From the NCBI GenBank assembly GCA_032128375.1, contig JAQBGU010000012.1:1-64000 (forward strand): a stretch of DNA of 64,000 nt, given 5' to 3'. Source of the DNA: Deltaproteobacteria bacterium. Its GTDB lineage: Bacteria > Myxococcota_A > UBA9160 > SMWR01. Of the stretch, positions 1-13,346 are shown piece after piece; position 1 is the stretch's first letter; each line of letters starts with the position of its first letter. Both the position numbers and the translations under genes were made by a program. The notes below the pieces were generated by a model. It ran no database searches. It was not told where the DNA came from and saw only the letters and a program-made list of their open reading frames with translations.

Positions 1-12
1 GATCGTTGCCTG

Positions 13-28
13 CGTTCCACGTGGAACA
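13..28. promoter_or_regulatory. parS: parS site (ParB-binding palindrome)
   Basis: CGTTCCACGTGGAACA with perfect 14-bp palindromic core GTTCCACGTGGAAC; matches the parS consensus; origin-proximal. Confidence 0.85.
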
Positions 29-161
29 TTCCGCTGCCGACCGAGCCGGTCAGGAGTTTCCCGAACTCTCCGAACCGGCAACCGCCTCGGAGCCCCCTGA
101 GGAACCACAACGACCTGGCCGGGAAGGACTCACGCCATTGCGATCCAAGGATCGTTGCCTG

Positions 162-177
162 CGTTCCACGTGGAACA
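162..177. promoter_or_regulatory. parS: parS site (second copy)
   Basis: CGTTCCACGTGGAACA, about 20 bp downstream of the jag stop codon. Confidence 0.85.
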
Positions 178-198
178 TTCCGCTGCCGACCGAGCCGG

Positions 199-1149
199 TC
201 AGGAGTTTCCCGAACTCTCCGAACCGGCAACCGCCTCCTCGAACTCCTCCGAGCCCTGAGGAACCACAACGACCTGGCGATAACGACCCACACCTTCACT
301 CATCGTCGCAACATCGTCTCGCTCTTTGAGCGCGAGATGGATCGTGCGGCGATCTCGGCCATTCATCGGATCGAGCGCGACGGGACGGCCAGTCTGAAGG
401 GCACGCTTCGCCACACGGTCGGCTAGCTTCGTTAGAAACTCTTCCCGAGCGTCGGTGTTTCCCTCGATCTCGAGAACGACCCGCGGGAGATCGGGACCAA
501 TCCGAACAGAAACCTGGTTGGCGAGCAGCTGAAGCGCATCGACGGTTCGGCCTTCATCGGACGCCAAGGTCTGAGCTGCCCGTCCCTTGACCTCGATTAC
601 GGTAAGTTCGTTCTCTTCACACTCCGAAATCTCGAAAGGTCCAAGGCTCAGGCGCTCCATCACGCCGAGAAGAAACTGGCCCATCTCTCCCAACTCACCG
701 TGAATCTTGCCCACAGAGGCTTCATTCGACGAAGCTGCACGCGGCTCCTCGGATTTGGTTACTCGATCGCGGCCCCGACTTCGAGGGCGGCCACTACTTT
801 CTGGACCGCGTTCAGCAGCCCCTCGTTCAGGACCGCGGTCTGGGCCGCGATCTCGATCCCGGCCACGTCCCCGTTCCCGACCTCTCTCGCGACCTCGCCC
901 AGCATCTCTTCGCCCTTCTGATCGGTCACCGTCATCATCTCTAGACTCCGATCTCGGTCTCGTGGGCGAACGCCCTTTGGGAACGGCAACGATCACCGTT
1001 CTGGAAGCGAGCCCATAGACCGCGCCGTCCGCGTAGCCGCCGATTTCAAGCTGGTCGGCCTCCAAGCCGTAAAACTCACAAGCTTTGGCGATGGCTTGAC
1101 TTCGTCCTACAGCGGTGAACTCGTGCGCCTCGTTCTTGGGATCGTACAC
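199..1149 (-). CDS. jag: Jag/EloR/KhpB RNA-binding protein (Jag_N, KH-like, R3H)
   Basis: R3H motif MNGRDRRTIHLAL; downstream of yidC; start re-called to GTG at 1149 behind AGGAGG. Confidence 0.9.
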   Translation of the reverse strand: MYDPKNEAHEFTAVGRSQAIAKACEFYGLEADQLEIGGYADGAVYGLASRTVIVAVPKGRSPTRPRSESRDDDGDRSEGRRDAGRGRERGRERGRGRDRDRGPDRGPERGAAERGPESSGRPRSRGRDRVTKSEEPRAASSNEASVGKIHGELGEMGQFLLGVMERLSLGPFEISECEENELTVIEVKGRAAQTLASDEGRTVDALQLLANQVSVRIGPDLPRVVLEIEGNTDAREEFLTKLADRVAKRALQTGRPVALDPMNGRDRRTIHLALKERDDVATMSEGVGRYRQVVVVPQGSEEFEEAVAGSESSGNS

Positions 1150-1163
1150 GCTAATTCCTCCTG

Positions 1164-2864
1164 CTATTTCCGCATGCGACGTCCAATCAAGAGCTGATGA
1201 GAGATGGCGAGCATATTGCTCACCATCCAGTACAGCACCAGACCCGACGGGAAGGTGTAGAACACAAAAGTCATCATTACTGGCATGACTGTCATCATCA
1301 TTTTTGCCTGGGCGGGATCCGCCTGCATGGGGGTGATCTTTTGCTGCAACACCATCGTAGCGCCCATGATCAGTGGCAAGACACGCACCGGAAACCCGAC
1401 ACCTGGAATCTCGAACAACAAATCCGGCGATGCCAGGTCGTCGATCCATCCAAAGAACGGTGACTGGCGCAGGTGTATCGTACTTCTCAGCGAATAGAAC
1501 AACCCGATAAAAACCGGAAACTGCAGCACCATCGGGAGACAGCCGCCAAGCGGGTTCACACCCTCACTCTTGTACAGCGCCATCGTCATTTCGGACTGTT
1601 TGGCCCGATCGTCGCTGTGCTCTGCCTGGATTTCTTTGAGCTTTGGTGCCAGCGCTCGCATCCGCTCCATCGAGCGCATTTGCTTGATCGTCAGCGGAGC
1701 TGTCACGAGCCTCACCAAAATGGTGAGGATGATAATTGCAACGCCGTAGTTCGGGATGATCGAATACAGCACCATCAAGAACGTTGCGAAGAACTTCGTG
1801 AGCGGTGCGACCCAAGACCACCCGAGATCGATCGAACCGACCAGATCGCCACCGAAAGCCGTCAGACGCTCGAGTTCCTTCGGTCCGAAATATGCCTTGA
1901 GTTCGCGCGCGTACGAGCTACCCGCTGGGATCGGAACCTCGTCGAAGAACAGTTCCGCGATTCCGGACTTGCCCGGTTCGGATGCTTCTAGCCAGGCACT
2001 CGCTTGGCCAGGGTTATCGGCGACGATCGCCGACACAAAATAGGTAGTCTGAACGGCCGCCCAGTCGATCGGAGCGGAGAGTTTCGTATAGCGCTCTGCG
2101 CGCCCCCCAGTGAGCGAACTCAAAAAACCCGCCTGGCCGATCCCACGTAACAACTCGATTTGAGTGCTGCCATCTTGCATGGCTGCGACCCCAATTTCAG
2201 TGAAATCGGATCCATCGCGAATATGCGCAGGGAGATCAATTCGAAAGCGGGGTGCAATCGTTTGCGTGGAAGCGTTGACGACTTCGAGCAGGATTCGGAA
2301 CGAGTAGGAATCGGAGTCGAACGTGAACGTCTTGCGAACCGTGATATCTCGTTCGGTTGTTTCGAATACGACCCGGTCGTGGTCTTGATCGACAACCTGG
2401 AATACGCGTGTCGACATGTCACCGATTCCAAGTTCTTCAAACGGAGTAACGAGCGCGGTTCGTGTCGGCGCCTGCCCGGTGATCAGCTCTACGTGTGGTG
2501 ATTTCGGGTCGGATCTCTCTCGAAACTCCATCAGCCGCCAACTATCGATCCCCGCGCCGAGACTCGTCAACGTCACCTTATAGAGCGGTAGCTCCAGTTC
2601 AACGATTTCTATCGGGGCTTCCTGCTGAAGAATCGGCGGATTCTCAACAGACTTCCCGCTCGATTCAAGGGTCGAAGAGCCGGAACTCGGCGGTAGGGAC
2701 TCTCGGGGTAAGGGCTCGTAATTCGCCGAGTCGTCAACAGATGAATACGGCAATATTTCTGTCCCCTTGGGGACACCCTCTCCCGGCGGCGGGGCTGTCA
2801 ACAGCATCCATCCCGTCAACACCGCGAACGATAAGGCAAAAGCAAGGAACAGATTACGGTCCAC
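1164..2864 (-). CDS. yidC: Membrane protein insertase YidC
   Basis: [40 protein letters not shown]; start re-called to GTG (MDRNLFLAF). Confidence 0.97.
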   Translation of the reverse strand: MDRNLFLAFALSFAVLTGWMLLTAPPPGEGVPKGTEILPYSSVDDSANYEPLPRESLPPSSGSSTLESSGKSVENPPILQQEAPIEIVELELPLYKVTLTSLGAGIDSWRLMEFRERSDPKSPHVELITGQAPTRTALVTPFEELGIGDMSTRVFQVVDQDHDRVVFETTERDITVRKTFTFDSDSYSFRILLEVVNASTQTIAPRFRIDLPAHIRDGSDFTEIGVAAMQDGSTQIELLRGIGQAGFLSSLTGGRAERYTKLSAPIDWAAVQTTYFVSAIVADNPGQASAWLEASEPGKSGIAELFFDEVPIPAGSSYARELKAYFGPKELERLTAFGGDLVGSIDLGWSWVAPLTKFFATFLMVLYSIIPNYGVAIIILTILVRLVTAPLTIKQMRSMERMRALAPKLKEIQAEHSDDRAKQSEMTMALYKSEGVNPLGGCLPMVLQFPVFIGLFYSLRSTIHLRQSPFFGWIDDLASPDLLFEIPGVGFPVRVLPLIMGATMVLQQKITPMQADPAQAKMMMTVMPVMMTFVFYTFPSGLVLYWMVSNMLAISHQLLIGRRMRK

Positions 2865-3108
2865 TAATCCCCCGTTCAGGGACCGGGTCGAACCCGTCAC
2901 CACCCATCGGATGGCAGCGAGCCAACCGACGCAATGTGAGCCACGCACCCCGAGACATGCCATGGGACCGAAACGCCCCAATCGCGTATTCGGAACACGT
3001 CGGGTGGAAGCGACACGCGGGACCCAACCACGGCGATAAGACCACCTGATAGAGCCGAATCGACGCGACGAGTACGCGGACCAGCGCGCCCGCAATAGTC
3101 TCGATCAT
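2854..3108 (-). CDS. yidD: Membrane protein insertion efficiency factor YidD
   Basis: [22 protein letters not shown]...[14 protein letters not shown]. Confidence 0.95.
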   Translation of the reverse strand: MIETIAGALVRVLVASIRLYQVVLSPWLGPACRFHPTCSEYAIGAFRSHGMSRGAWLTLRRLARCHPMGGDGFDPVPERGISGP

Positions 3109-3129
3109 TGTTGCGCTTGATGCATTGGC

Positions 3130-3513
3130 TCAGTTCACTTTTCCCATTTCCATTCGGTACTTCTGTATCACCTGATCCAGATCCGCGAATAGAAATTTCG
3201 TTGCAAGATCGCGGGACGGTTGCCGTGCAATAACGACAATTTCTGTTCCCATCGGCAATCGCCGCCTCGCCTTCCGATACCACTCGCGGATTCGGCGCTT
3301 GACGTGATTTCGAACCACAGCGTTTCCGACACGCTTGCCAACGGTAATCCCGATTCGACCGGATCTCACGACACCAGAATCGAGGGCTGCTGTAGCAACA
3401 AAAACCACGAAATATCGCGATGATGTACGCTCACCCCGCGCTAGTAGTTCACGAAAAGATTTCGCGCGAAGAATTCGATCGGTCCGCCGAAAGCGGCCGG
3501 TCGCGCAAGTCAC
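3130..3513 (-). CDS. rnpA: Ribonuclease P protein component
   Basis: GITVGKRVGNAVVRNHVKRRIRE (RNR-type motif); located between rpmH and yidD. Confidence 0.95.
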   Translation of the reverse strand: MTCATGRFRRTDRILRAKSFRELLARGERTSSRYFVVFVATAALDSGVVRSGRIGITVGKRVGNAVVRNHVKRRIREWYRKARRRLPMGTEIVVIARQPSRDLATKFLFADLDQVIQKYRMEMGKVN

Positions 3514-3516
3514 GGG

Positions 3517-3666
3517 TTACTTCGAGGGGACCGTCGCAGCCAAGCGACTTCGACCCTTCGCTCGCCGCCGACTCAAGACGGCCCGTCCCGCTCGAGTCTT
3601 CATGCGAGCTCTAAAGCCATGCACTCGCTTTCGCCGGATTCGGCTAGGTTGATAGGTTCGTTTCAT
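3517..3666 (-). CDS. rpmH: 50S ribosomal protein L34
   Basis: [42 protein letters not shown] at 3666. Confidence 0.98.
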   Translation of the reverse strand: MKRTYQPSRIRRKRVHGFRARMKTRAGRAVLSRRRAKGRSRLAATVPSK

Positions 3667-4047
3667 TGAAGCTGCCTTTCGTTTCCCATTACCGTCGGAG
3701 TTCAGGTGATGCGAGGAATTCCCGTGGGTGATGCCGGTAATTCTCGATTGTACGTAGGCGCTCACTCACTCAGCGATCAGCCCGATTACCAGCGGCGCGG
3801 AAGGTAGCGTCTGCACGATAAACTGACCACCGTAACCGCGAAGCCCGTGGTAAGCTCCGCTCCGAACAGCCACCCCAAGTCCCCCACGGTTCTGGGCGTC
3901 CTCACTGCCATCAAATCCGACAAAACGTTTTTCTCTTGCAATCCCTGTGAGTTCAGTCGCTTTTGTCGTTAAACCTGACTACTTACTATTTCTAAAGTTC
4001 TTCTATTTTAAGAAGAACTAAAGAACGAAAGAACGGAAGAGAACCAA
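3667..4047. other. Candidate oriC / divergent promoter region with no dnaA gene
   Basis: Intergenic between rpmH and dnaN; gene polarity flips here; AT-rich tract 3975-4045 with cta/tta triplets resembling DnaA-trios; no perfect TTATCCACA box seen. Confidence 0.45.
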
Positions 4048-5160
4048 ATGAAGCTTTCAATCAGCAAGGACGAACTGCATAAGGGCCTCGCGCGCATCCA
4101 GTCGATCGTAGAAAAGCGCAATACGATGCCAATCCTGGCGAATGTCCTGCTAAACGCACACGAAGCGGAACTTGAACTTGCAGCGACAGATCTCGAAGTT
4201 GGAATACGGGGTCTTCATCCTGCACTGGTGGAGCTACCGGGTAGCGTCACCGTGTCAGCGAAGAAACTTTTCGAAATCGTTCGTGAACTACCCGACGAAC
4301 CTGTTTTCATCGAGTCGACAGACGACTCGTATCTACAAATCCTTTGTGCTCGTGCGAAATTCAAACTCGCGGGTAACTCAGCAGAGGAATACCCCACACT
4401 ACCCAGTTTCACATCAGATAAAACGTCACCCGTTCAAGCAATCTTGCTGGCGGAAATGATCGATCGGAGCATGTACGCCGCTTCCGCTGATGAAACGCGA
4501 TATAACCTCAACGGTGTGTTTTTCGAGTTAAACCCGGAAACCGGGAAGTCGCGCATGGTCGCTACGGATGGTCATCGACTCGCAATTGTCGAGCGAAATC
4601 TGGGCGGAAATCTTGATGCGCTTTCACACGGTGTGATTATTCCTCGCAAGGGTCTCGCGGAGTTGAAGCGACTACTCGACGAAGAAGACACTGATGAATT
4701 TGAGATCGGTTTCGAAGGAAACAGCGGATTGGTGAAAAAGGGTGGGGTTACACTCGTGATGCGCCTGATCGAAGGAGAATTTCCCAATTACCGCCAGGTG
4801 ATTCCGAAAGAAACAACCATTCACCTCACTCTCGCCGTAGATGCACTGTCTCACATGTTGCGCCGGGTCGCGCTCCTTTCCGCGGAGCGAAGTCGAGCGA
4901 TAAAACTCGAGTTGCGAGACGGAATTCTCGCATTGTCCTCGAATAACCCAGACGTTGGCGATGCTCATGAAGAGATCGACATCGACTATGCGGGGGAATC
5001 CCTGAGTGTCGCATTCAACGCTCGCTACCTGATGGATGCTCTCGCCGCGAGTAAGTCCAAAGAGATCCGACTCTCATTTCGCGACTCGACCTCACCCGCA
5101 CTCATTGTGCCCACCGACGATGATGATATGCAGGCAGTCGTAATGCCCATGCGGGTTTGA
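4048..5160 (+). CDS. dnaN: DNA polymerase III beta sliding clamp
   Basis: ATDLE, MVATDGHRLA, RLIEGEFPNY, FNARYL, VMPMR. Confidence 0.98.
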   Translation: MKLSISKDELHKGLARIQSIVEKRNTMPILANVLLNAHEAELELAATDLEVGIRGLHPALVELPGSVTVSAKKLFEIVRELPDEPVFIESTDDSYLQILCARAKFKLAGNSAEEYPTLPSFTSDKTSPVQAILLAEMIDRSMYAASADETRYNLNGVFFELNPETGKSRMVATDGHRLAIVERNLGGNLDALSHGVIIPRKGLAELKRLLDEEDTDEFEIGFEGNSGLVKKGGVTLVMRLIEGEFPNYRQVIPKETTIHLTLAVDALSHMLRRVALLSAERSRAIKLELRDGILALSSNNPDVGDAHEEIDIDYAGESLSVAFNARYLMDALAASKSKEIRLSFRDSTSPALIVPTDDDDMQAVVMPMRV

Positions 5161-7641
<2,481 letters not shown>

Positions 7642-7650
7642 AGGACCGCG

Positions 7651-10266
7651 GTGAGCGACGAACCTACCGATATCGCGGTACCCCCGCCCGGTGACGCTGG
7701 CCCGCCCGAGGATCTCTTTCAGCGGGTCAATATCGAAGACGAGGTGCGCAGCTCGTTTCTCGATTATTCGATGTCGGTCATCATCACTCGGGCGTTGCCA
7801 GACGTACGCGATGGCCTGAAACCTGTGCACCGTCGCATCTTGTACGCGATGAACCAGGAGGGCTTGCTCTCCAGCCGCAACTACTCGAAATCTGCGGGTG
7901 TCGTCGGTGAGGTGTTGAAGCACTACCACCCTCATGGAGATAGCGCCGTCTACGAATCGATGGTCCGGATGGCTCAGGACTTTTCGCTTCGGTATCCGCT
8001 GGTCGACGGCCAGGGGAACTTCGGATCCGTCGACGGGGATTCCGCGGCGGCCTATCGCTACACCGAAGCCCGTCTGCATCCGCTCGCGGAAGAAATGTTG
8101 CGCGACATCGACCGGGACACCGTTGACTTTCAACCGAATTTCGACGGGACCGTCAGCGAACCGATCGTGTTGCCGAGCCGGTTTCCGAATCTATTGGCCA
8201 ATGGTTCGACGGGAATCGCCGTCGGCATGGCGACCAACATCCCACCCCACAACTTGCGCGAGCTCACGGCCGCGCTGGTTCTGGTGGCTCGAAATCCGGA
8301 CTGCACGATTGACGATCTGCTCGAGGTCATGCCGGGTCCGGATTTCCCGACAGGGGCAATGATCTGCGGCACAGATGGGATCCGCTCCGCATTTGCAACC
8401 GGCCGTGGGTTGCTCATCGTGCGCGCGCGCGCGAGTTTCGAGACCACCAAGCGCGGGCCGCGGATCATCATCACTGAGATCCCGTACATGGTGAACAAGT
8501 CATCACTGCTCGAGCGGATCGCCGACCTGGTAAGAGCGGGCAAGATCGATGGCGTCACAGATTTGCGTGACGAGTCGAACCGCGAAGGGATGCGGATCGT
8601 CGTCGAGTTGCGCCGTGACGCGCAAGACGATGTCGTGTTGAACCAGCTCTACAAGCAGACCCCGCTGCAGTCGACGTTTGGTGTAAACCTGCTGGCGCTC
8701 GTCAATGGCCGTCCCGTGCTGCTATCTGTCAAGCAAGCGTTGGGTCACTTCATCGACTTCCGGAAGGAAGTCATTGTGAGACGCGCCACCTACGAACTCG
8801 CACAGGCAGAATCGCGCGCTCACCTGCTCGAAGGTTTCGCGATCGCGCTCGACAACCTCGACGAGGTCATCGTCATCATCCGCGGTTCGCAAACGACCGC
8901 CGAAGCGCGCACCGAATTGATGACACGCTTCGCGCTCAGCGAGCGGCAGACCAACGCGATTCTCGAGATGCGGCTGCGTTCGCTCACCGCTCTCGAACGA
9001 CAGCGGGTCATTGACGAGCTCGAGGAAATCCGCGAAAAGATCGCCGACTTGAGAGACCTGCTGGGCAGCGACAGCCGGATTCTCGACCTGGTGATCGAGG
9101 AGGTCGAGGCGATCGCAGAGCGTTTCGGTGACGATCGCAGGACCGAGTTGGTTGCCGCAGTCGAAGGGATCAGTACCGAAGACCTCATCGTCGAAGAGGA
9201 CATGGTCGTCACCGTTTCGAATAGCGGCTACATCAAACGCAATCCGCTGAGCCAGTACCGCGCGCAGAGGCGTGGAGGCAAGGGTGTCAAGGGCATGGAC
9301 GCGAAGGACGCCGACTTCGTCGAGCGGCTTTTCGTTGCGTCGACGCATGCCTACATTCTGTTTTTTACGACGCGCGGTCGCGTCCACTGGCTGAAGGTCC
9401 ACGAGCTTCCGCAACTCGGTAGAGCTGCGCGGGGCCGTGCGCTCTCGAACATCTTGCAGCTCGCCGAGGGTGAGCGTGTCCAGGTGACGCTGCCGATTCG
9501 CAGTTTCGAAGAGGTGGGAGCCGACTTCGTAATCATGTGTACGAGAGCGGGCGTGATCAAGAAGACGCGGCTCGGCGCATTTTCGAACCCGCGGCGCGGC
9601 GGCATTATTTCGATCAAACTGGCTGACACCGATGAGCTGATCGCGGTGTGCCGCACCAACGGTTCGCAAGAAGTCTTGATCGCGAGCAGCCAGGGCAAAT
9701 CGATCCGCTTCCCCGAAGACCAGGTCCGCGCGATGGGCCGAACGGCCGCAGGTGTTCGTGGCATGACACTGGCTGACGGTGACGAAGTGGTCGGCATGGA
9801 AATCCTGTCACCCGGTGCAACGATCCTGACTGTGACCGAACACGGTTACGGAAAACGCACGCCGCTCGACGATTATCGGTTGCAACGCCGCGGCGGCCGG
9901 GGCGTGATCACGATCCGCACGAATTCGCGCAACGGCAAAGTGGTGCGGGTCGCGCAGGTGGTTCAAGAAGACGAAGTGATGCTGATAACCGATGGGGGCA
10001 AGGTGCTGCGATGCCCCGTCAGTGGAATCTCGACGATGGGACGCGCGACGCAGGGCGTCCGGGTGATGGGCCTCGGGAGCGGCGAGAAACTGGTTGCGAT
10101 GGCAAGGCTTGCAGAAGCTGACATCGAGACCACCACTGAGCCCGTGGCGTCTGACCCGGCGGTTGTCAGCGGTGATCGGGCTCTCGATGCAGCTCTCGAT
10201 CCGGCCCTCGATCCAGCCGAGGATCCAGCCCAGGATTCCACGCCCGACGACGAGTCGAGCGAATAG
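7651..10266 (+). CDS. gyrA: DNA gyrase subunit A
   Basis: [28 protein letters not shown], GyrA-box QRRGGKG, acidic tail. Confidence 0.98.
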   Translation: MSDEPTDIAVPPPGDAGPPEDLFQRVNIEDEVRSSFLDYSMSVIITRALPDVRDGLKPVHRRILYAMNQEGLLSSRNYSKSAGVVGEVLKHYHPHGDSAVYESMVRMAQDFSLRYPLVDGQGNFGSVDGDSAAAYRYTEARLHPLAEEMLRDIDRDTVDFQPNFDGTVSEPIVLPSRFPNLLANGSTGIAVGMATNIPPHNLRELTAALVLVARNPDCTIDDLLEVMPGPDFPTGAMICGTDGIRSAFATGRGLLIVRARASFETTKRGPRIIITEIPYMVNKSSLLERIADLVRAGKIDGVTDLRDESNREGMRIVVELRRDAQDDVVLNQLYKQTPLQSTFGVNLLALVNGRPVLLSVKQALGHFIDFRKEVIVRRATYELAQAESRAHLLEGFAIALDNLDEVIVIIRGSQTTAEARTELMTRFALSERQTNAILEMRLRSLTALERQRVIDELEEIREKIADLRDLLGSDSRILDLVIEEVEAIAERFGDDRRTELVAAVEGISTEDLIVEEDMVVTVSNSGYIKRNPLSQYRAQRRGGKGVKGMDAKDADFVERLFVASTHAYILFFTTRGRVHWLKVHELPQLGRAARGRALSNILQLAEGERVQVTLPIRSFEEVGADFVIMCTRAGVIKKTRLGAFSNPRRGGIISIKLADTDELIAVCRTNGSQEVLIASSQGKSIRFPEDQVRAMGRTAAGVRGMTLADGDEVVGMEILSPGATILTVTEHGYGKRTPLDDYRLQRRGGRGVITIRTNSRNGKVVRVAQVVQEDEVMLITDGGKVLRCPVSGISTMGRATQGVRVMGLGSGEKLVAMARLAEADIETTTEPVASDPAVVSGDRALDAALDPALDPAEDPAQDSTPDDESSE

Positions 10267-10294
10267 CGCACACTCGTTGGGTTTGGGGGTGTTG

Positions 10295-11590
10295 GTGAAT
10301 ACCGATCGCTCGAAGCAGCTCTTTCAGCGGGCCAAGCGGGTGATTCCCGGCGGCGTCAACAGCCCCGTGCGCGCCTTCGGATCTGTCGGCGGCGTGCCCC
10401 GTTTCATCGAACGCGGCAAAGGTTGCCGGATCTGGGATGCGGACGGAAACGAGTACATCGATTTCGTCGGCTCCTGGGGCCCCTTGATCGCTGGTCACGC
10501 CAACCCGTCGATTTTGAAGGCGGTGCGCGCCGCGATGTCGAAAGGCACGAGTTTCGGAGCCCCGACAGAGGCGGAAATCTCGCTGGCGGAGAAGATCAAA
10601 GGTGCGGTTCCGAGCATGCAGAAACTCCGCATGGTCAGCTCGGGTACCGAGGCCAGCATGAGCGCGCTGCGCTTGGCCCGAGCCGCAACGGGCCGCGACC
10701 GCGTGCTGAAATTCGAGGGCTGCTACCACGGTCATGTGGATGCGTTGTTGCTCGGCGCCGGCAGCGGAGTGGCGACCCTTGGGATTCCCGGCTCTCCGGG
10801 CGTACCACAGAGCTACGCGAACTTGACCATCCAGGCCCCGTATAACGACATCGCGGCCGTCCGGACCGCGTTCGAAAAGTGGGGCGAACAGATCGCCTGC
10901 ATCATCGTCGAACCGATGGCCGGAAACATGGGCTTCGTACCCCCCGTTCCCGGCTTTCTCGAGGCCCTTCGCGAGTGCTGCGACGAGTACGGTGCCCTGT
11001 TGATTTTTGATGAGGTCATCACCGGCTTTCGGTTGGGGTGGGGCGGTGCGCAGAAGCATTTCGGTGTGAAGCCCGATCTGACCTGCCTGGGTAAGGTGGT
11101 CGGTGGCGGATTACCGGCTGCAGCCTACGGGGGCCGCCGCGAATTGATGAGCCAGATCGCGCCCGAGGGGCCCGTCTATCAGGCTGGGACATTATCAGGG
11201 AATCCACTGGCAATGGCGGCTGGCCTCGCGACGCTCGAACGGCTGGAACAGCCCGGCTGCTACGAACAGCTCGGCAGCGTATCGGCTCGAATTGCGACCG
11301 GTCTGGAGCAGATCGCGCGAGAGCTGGGTGTTCCCCTGTGCACTTCTGCGGCGGGGGGAATTTTCGGATTTTTCTTTTGCGAAGGTCCGGTACTCAACTT
11401 CGACGATGCGCGACGAACTCACCCGACACGGTTCAAGCGATTCTTCTCGAGCATGCTCGCTCAGGGCATCTATTTGGCTCCATCCGCGTACGAATGTGGT
11501 TTCGCATCGCTGGCCCACCGGAAACGAGACCTCGACCGCACGCTCGAATCAGCGCGAGTTGCGCTGGAAAAAGCTGCCACAACGCGTTGA
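10295..11590 (+). CDS. hemL: Glutamate-1-semialdehyde 2,1-aminomutase
   Basis: PGGVNSPVRAF, SGTEA, FEGCYHGH, FDEVITGFR, YQAGTLSGNP; start re-called to GTG at 10295. Confidence 0.96.
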   Translation: MNTDRSKQLFQRAKRVIPGGVNSPVRAFGSVGGVPRFIERGKGCRIWDADGNEYIDFVGSWGPLIAGHANPSILKAVRAAMSKGTSFGAPTEAEISLAEKIKGAVPSMQKLRMVSSGTEASMSALRLARAATGRDRVLKFEGCYHGHVDALLLGAGSGVATLGIPGSPGVPQSYANLTIQAPYNDIAAVRTAFEKWGEQIACIIVEPMAGNMGFVPPVPGFLEALRECCDEYGALLIFDEVITGFRLGWGGAQKHFGVKPDLTCLGKVVGGGLPAAAYGGRRELMSQIAPEGPVYQAGTLSGNPLAMAAGLATLERLEQPGCYEQLGSVSARIATGLEQIARELGVPLCTSAAGGIFGFFFCEGPVLNFDDARRTHPTRFKRFFSSMLAQGIYLAPSAYECGFASLAHRKRDLDRTLESARVALEKAATTR

Positions 11591-11708
11591 GTGGGCTCCG
11601 GGCGTTGGCTAGGATGCGCGCCGTCGGCTCGGTGTTCCGCCCGCGGACCCGAAGACGGCTTGTCGCGTCCAAGCTTGCAACTTCAGTCGCAGACGCAGGT
11701 GGAATGCG

Positions 11709-12071
11709 TTGACGGACCGACCCGATGCAGATGACCCTTCACAGAATTCAGCACAGAATTCAGCACAGGATTCAGCACAGGATTCACGACAAGAAAGGGA
11801 TTTCGAGAGCCGCAGACAAGGTGCTGTGTATCAAGGCGCGTTCGAAGCCGTGATCGCGATACTGGTCGCCGCCCTCTTTGGATACTGGCTCGACGGCTAC
11901 TTCGATACGGCCCCCGTTTTCCTGCTGATTGGATCCGCGATCGGATTTGCCTCTTTCACTGTCCGGCTGATCCGGCTCGGTCGCTGGGTAGAGGGTACGG
12001 GTAAGGATTCGAATTCGGGAAGCGACGCCGCGCGACAAGACAGCAAGTCGGAAAACGAGAACGAGAGATGA
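11709..12071 (+). CDS. AtpZ/AtpI-family two-TM protein
   Basis: GYWLDGYFDTAPVFLLIG hairpin; first gene of the F0 operon; N-terminal 12-nt tandem repeat (11740-11786). Confidence 0.8.
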   Translation: MTDRPDADDPSQNSAQNSAQDSAQDSRQERDFESRRQGAVYQGAFEAVIAILVAALFGYWLDGYFDTAPVFLLIGSAIGFASFTVRLIRLGRWVEGTGKDSNSGSDAARQDSKSENENER

Positions 12072-12523
12072 AGATCGATCCTTTCGAACGCATGAATCTG
12101 GTGATTACCGCGGGCGCGGTAGCCACCTCGTATGCGGTGGCGTCGCCCTCATTCACGGCGGGTCTCGCGCTCGGTGCCGCAATGGAGGCCGCGAACTTCC
12201 ACGGCCTGCGCCGGTCGGCCCAGTTTCTGTTCTGGGGCGTACTTCCGAACCAGCGCGCTTGGAGTGCGGTGTTTGCCATGCGCCTCGGTTTACTCGCGGT
12301 CGGAATTGCGGCTGCGCTCTACTTCGGGATGAACGCCGCAGGGTTGCTGGTCGGCCTTTCACTGATCATGCCCGCCGCCATTATCGAGGCGTGGCGAACG
12401 CGTCCGCTGGCCCTCGAGGGCGCGCAAGCTCTCGACCCCGACGATCCGGCTTGGAATGACTGGAACCCCTGGCTGGCGCGCGAAAGCGAGCAGTCCCGAG
12501 ACTCTGACGAGGAGAGCTGGTGA
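12068..12523 (+). CDS. atpI: ATP synthase subunit I (AtpI)
   Basis: Four TM segments; ATGA/GTGA overlaps with neighbours; upstream of atpB. Confidence 0.75.
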   Translation: MKIDPFERMNLVITAGAVATSYAVASPSFTAGLALGAAMEAANFHGLRRSAQFLFWGVLPNQRAWSAVFAMRLGLLAVGIAAALYFGMNAAGLLVGLSLIMPAAIIEAWRTRPLALEGAQALDPDDPAWNDWNPWLARESEQSRDSDEESW

Positions 12524-13233
12524 ACATCTACACCCCGCTCGATGGCACCATACCCTGGGTGATCCAAGCGGCGATCCTCGCCGGGCTACTGATGCTGGCC
12601 GGTGGTCTGCTCGTGAGGCGGCGAGTCGCTGGTGACGGCGGCGGGGTGTTGCCCGACGAGGGCCTAACAGTCCGCAACATCGTCGAAGTTCTCGTCGAGA
12701 TGCTCGCCAATCTCGCACAGGATCGGATCGGCCCAGACTGGCGCAAGTTCTTCCCGATCGTCGGAACGATGTTCCTGTTCATCTTGGTGTCGAACCTGAT
12801 CGGTCTGATTCCTGGTGTCGAAGGGGCGACTTCGGACGCCAACACCACCTGGGCCTGGGCGATCATTTCGTGGGTCGTCTACACCTGGGTGGGGATCGCC
12901 AAGCACAAGCAGAATTACCTGGTGAAATTCCTGGGGCCGAGCTTCTTCGAGCGCCAGATGTTCGGACGCACGGTTCATTTCCGTTTGCTGGCGCCGATCA
13001 TGATGGCGATTGAGCTACCGCTCGACGTCGCCCGCATCTTGACGTTGGCGGTGCGGCTGCTCGCCAACATGTTCGCCGACCATACCGTTATCGCGGTCTG
13101 GCTCGGTATCATACCGATCGGTGTCCCGGCGATCTTCATGGGGCTTGGATTGATCGTCTCATTCTTGCAGGCGTTCATTTTCGCTCTACTCACGATGATC
13201 TACATAGGGTTGGCGCTCGAAGATCCCCACTAG
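12520..13233 (+). CDS. atpB: ATP synthase F0 subunit a
   Basis: SNLIGLIPG, TLAVRLLANMFADH, LQAFIFALLTMIYI. Confidence 0.96.
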   Translation: MNIYTPLDGTIPWVIQAAILAGLLMLAGGLLVRRRVAGDGGGVLPDEGLTVRNIVEVLVEMLANLAQDRIGPDWRKFFPIVGTMFLFILVSNLIGLIPGVEGATSDANTTWAWAIISWVVYTWVGIAKHKQNYLVKFLGPSFFERQMFGRTVHFRLLAPIMMAIELPLDVARILTLAVRLLANMFADHTVIAVWLGIIPIGVPAIFMGLGLIVSFLQAFIFALLTMIYIGLALEDPH

Positions 13234-13296
13234 GGGATATCGTCCGGCGTCATGTTCGTTAGTTGACCGCTAGCCCTCTTCAACCAATTTTTACGA

Positions 13297-13334
13297 TTTA
13301 CGACAACCCTTTACGACAACCCTTTACGACAACC
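13297..13334 (+). repeat. 13-bp tandem repeat (tttacgacaaccc x3) abutting the atpE RBS
   Basis: Read directly; followed by AAGGAG. Confidence 0.9.
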
Positions 13335-13346
13335 AAGGAGACAAAC

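Larger units (their letters stand above)
1..278. repeat. ~149-bp direct tandem duplication (copies start at 1 and 150) containing the jag 3' end and a parS site
   Basis: gatcgttgcctgcgttccacgtggaacattccgctgccgaccgagccggtcaggagtttcccgaactctccgaaccggcaaccgcctc occurs at 1 and at 150; similarity continues through gaggaaccacaacgacctggc with a short indel. Confidence 0.95.

Noticed and set aside
1..278. Repeat with palindrome read as a CRISPR array
   Set aside because: The whole 149-bp unit repeats with no unique spacers, no cas genes are present, and the palindrome matches parS
6..329. 107-aa + strand ORF
   Set aside because: It is just the duplicated DNA read antisense to jag
7920..7960. Quinolone-resistance substitution in gyrA
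   Set aside because: [10 protein letters not shown] retains Ser at the 83-equivalent and an acidic residue at the 87-equivalent
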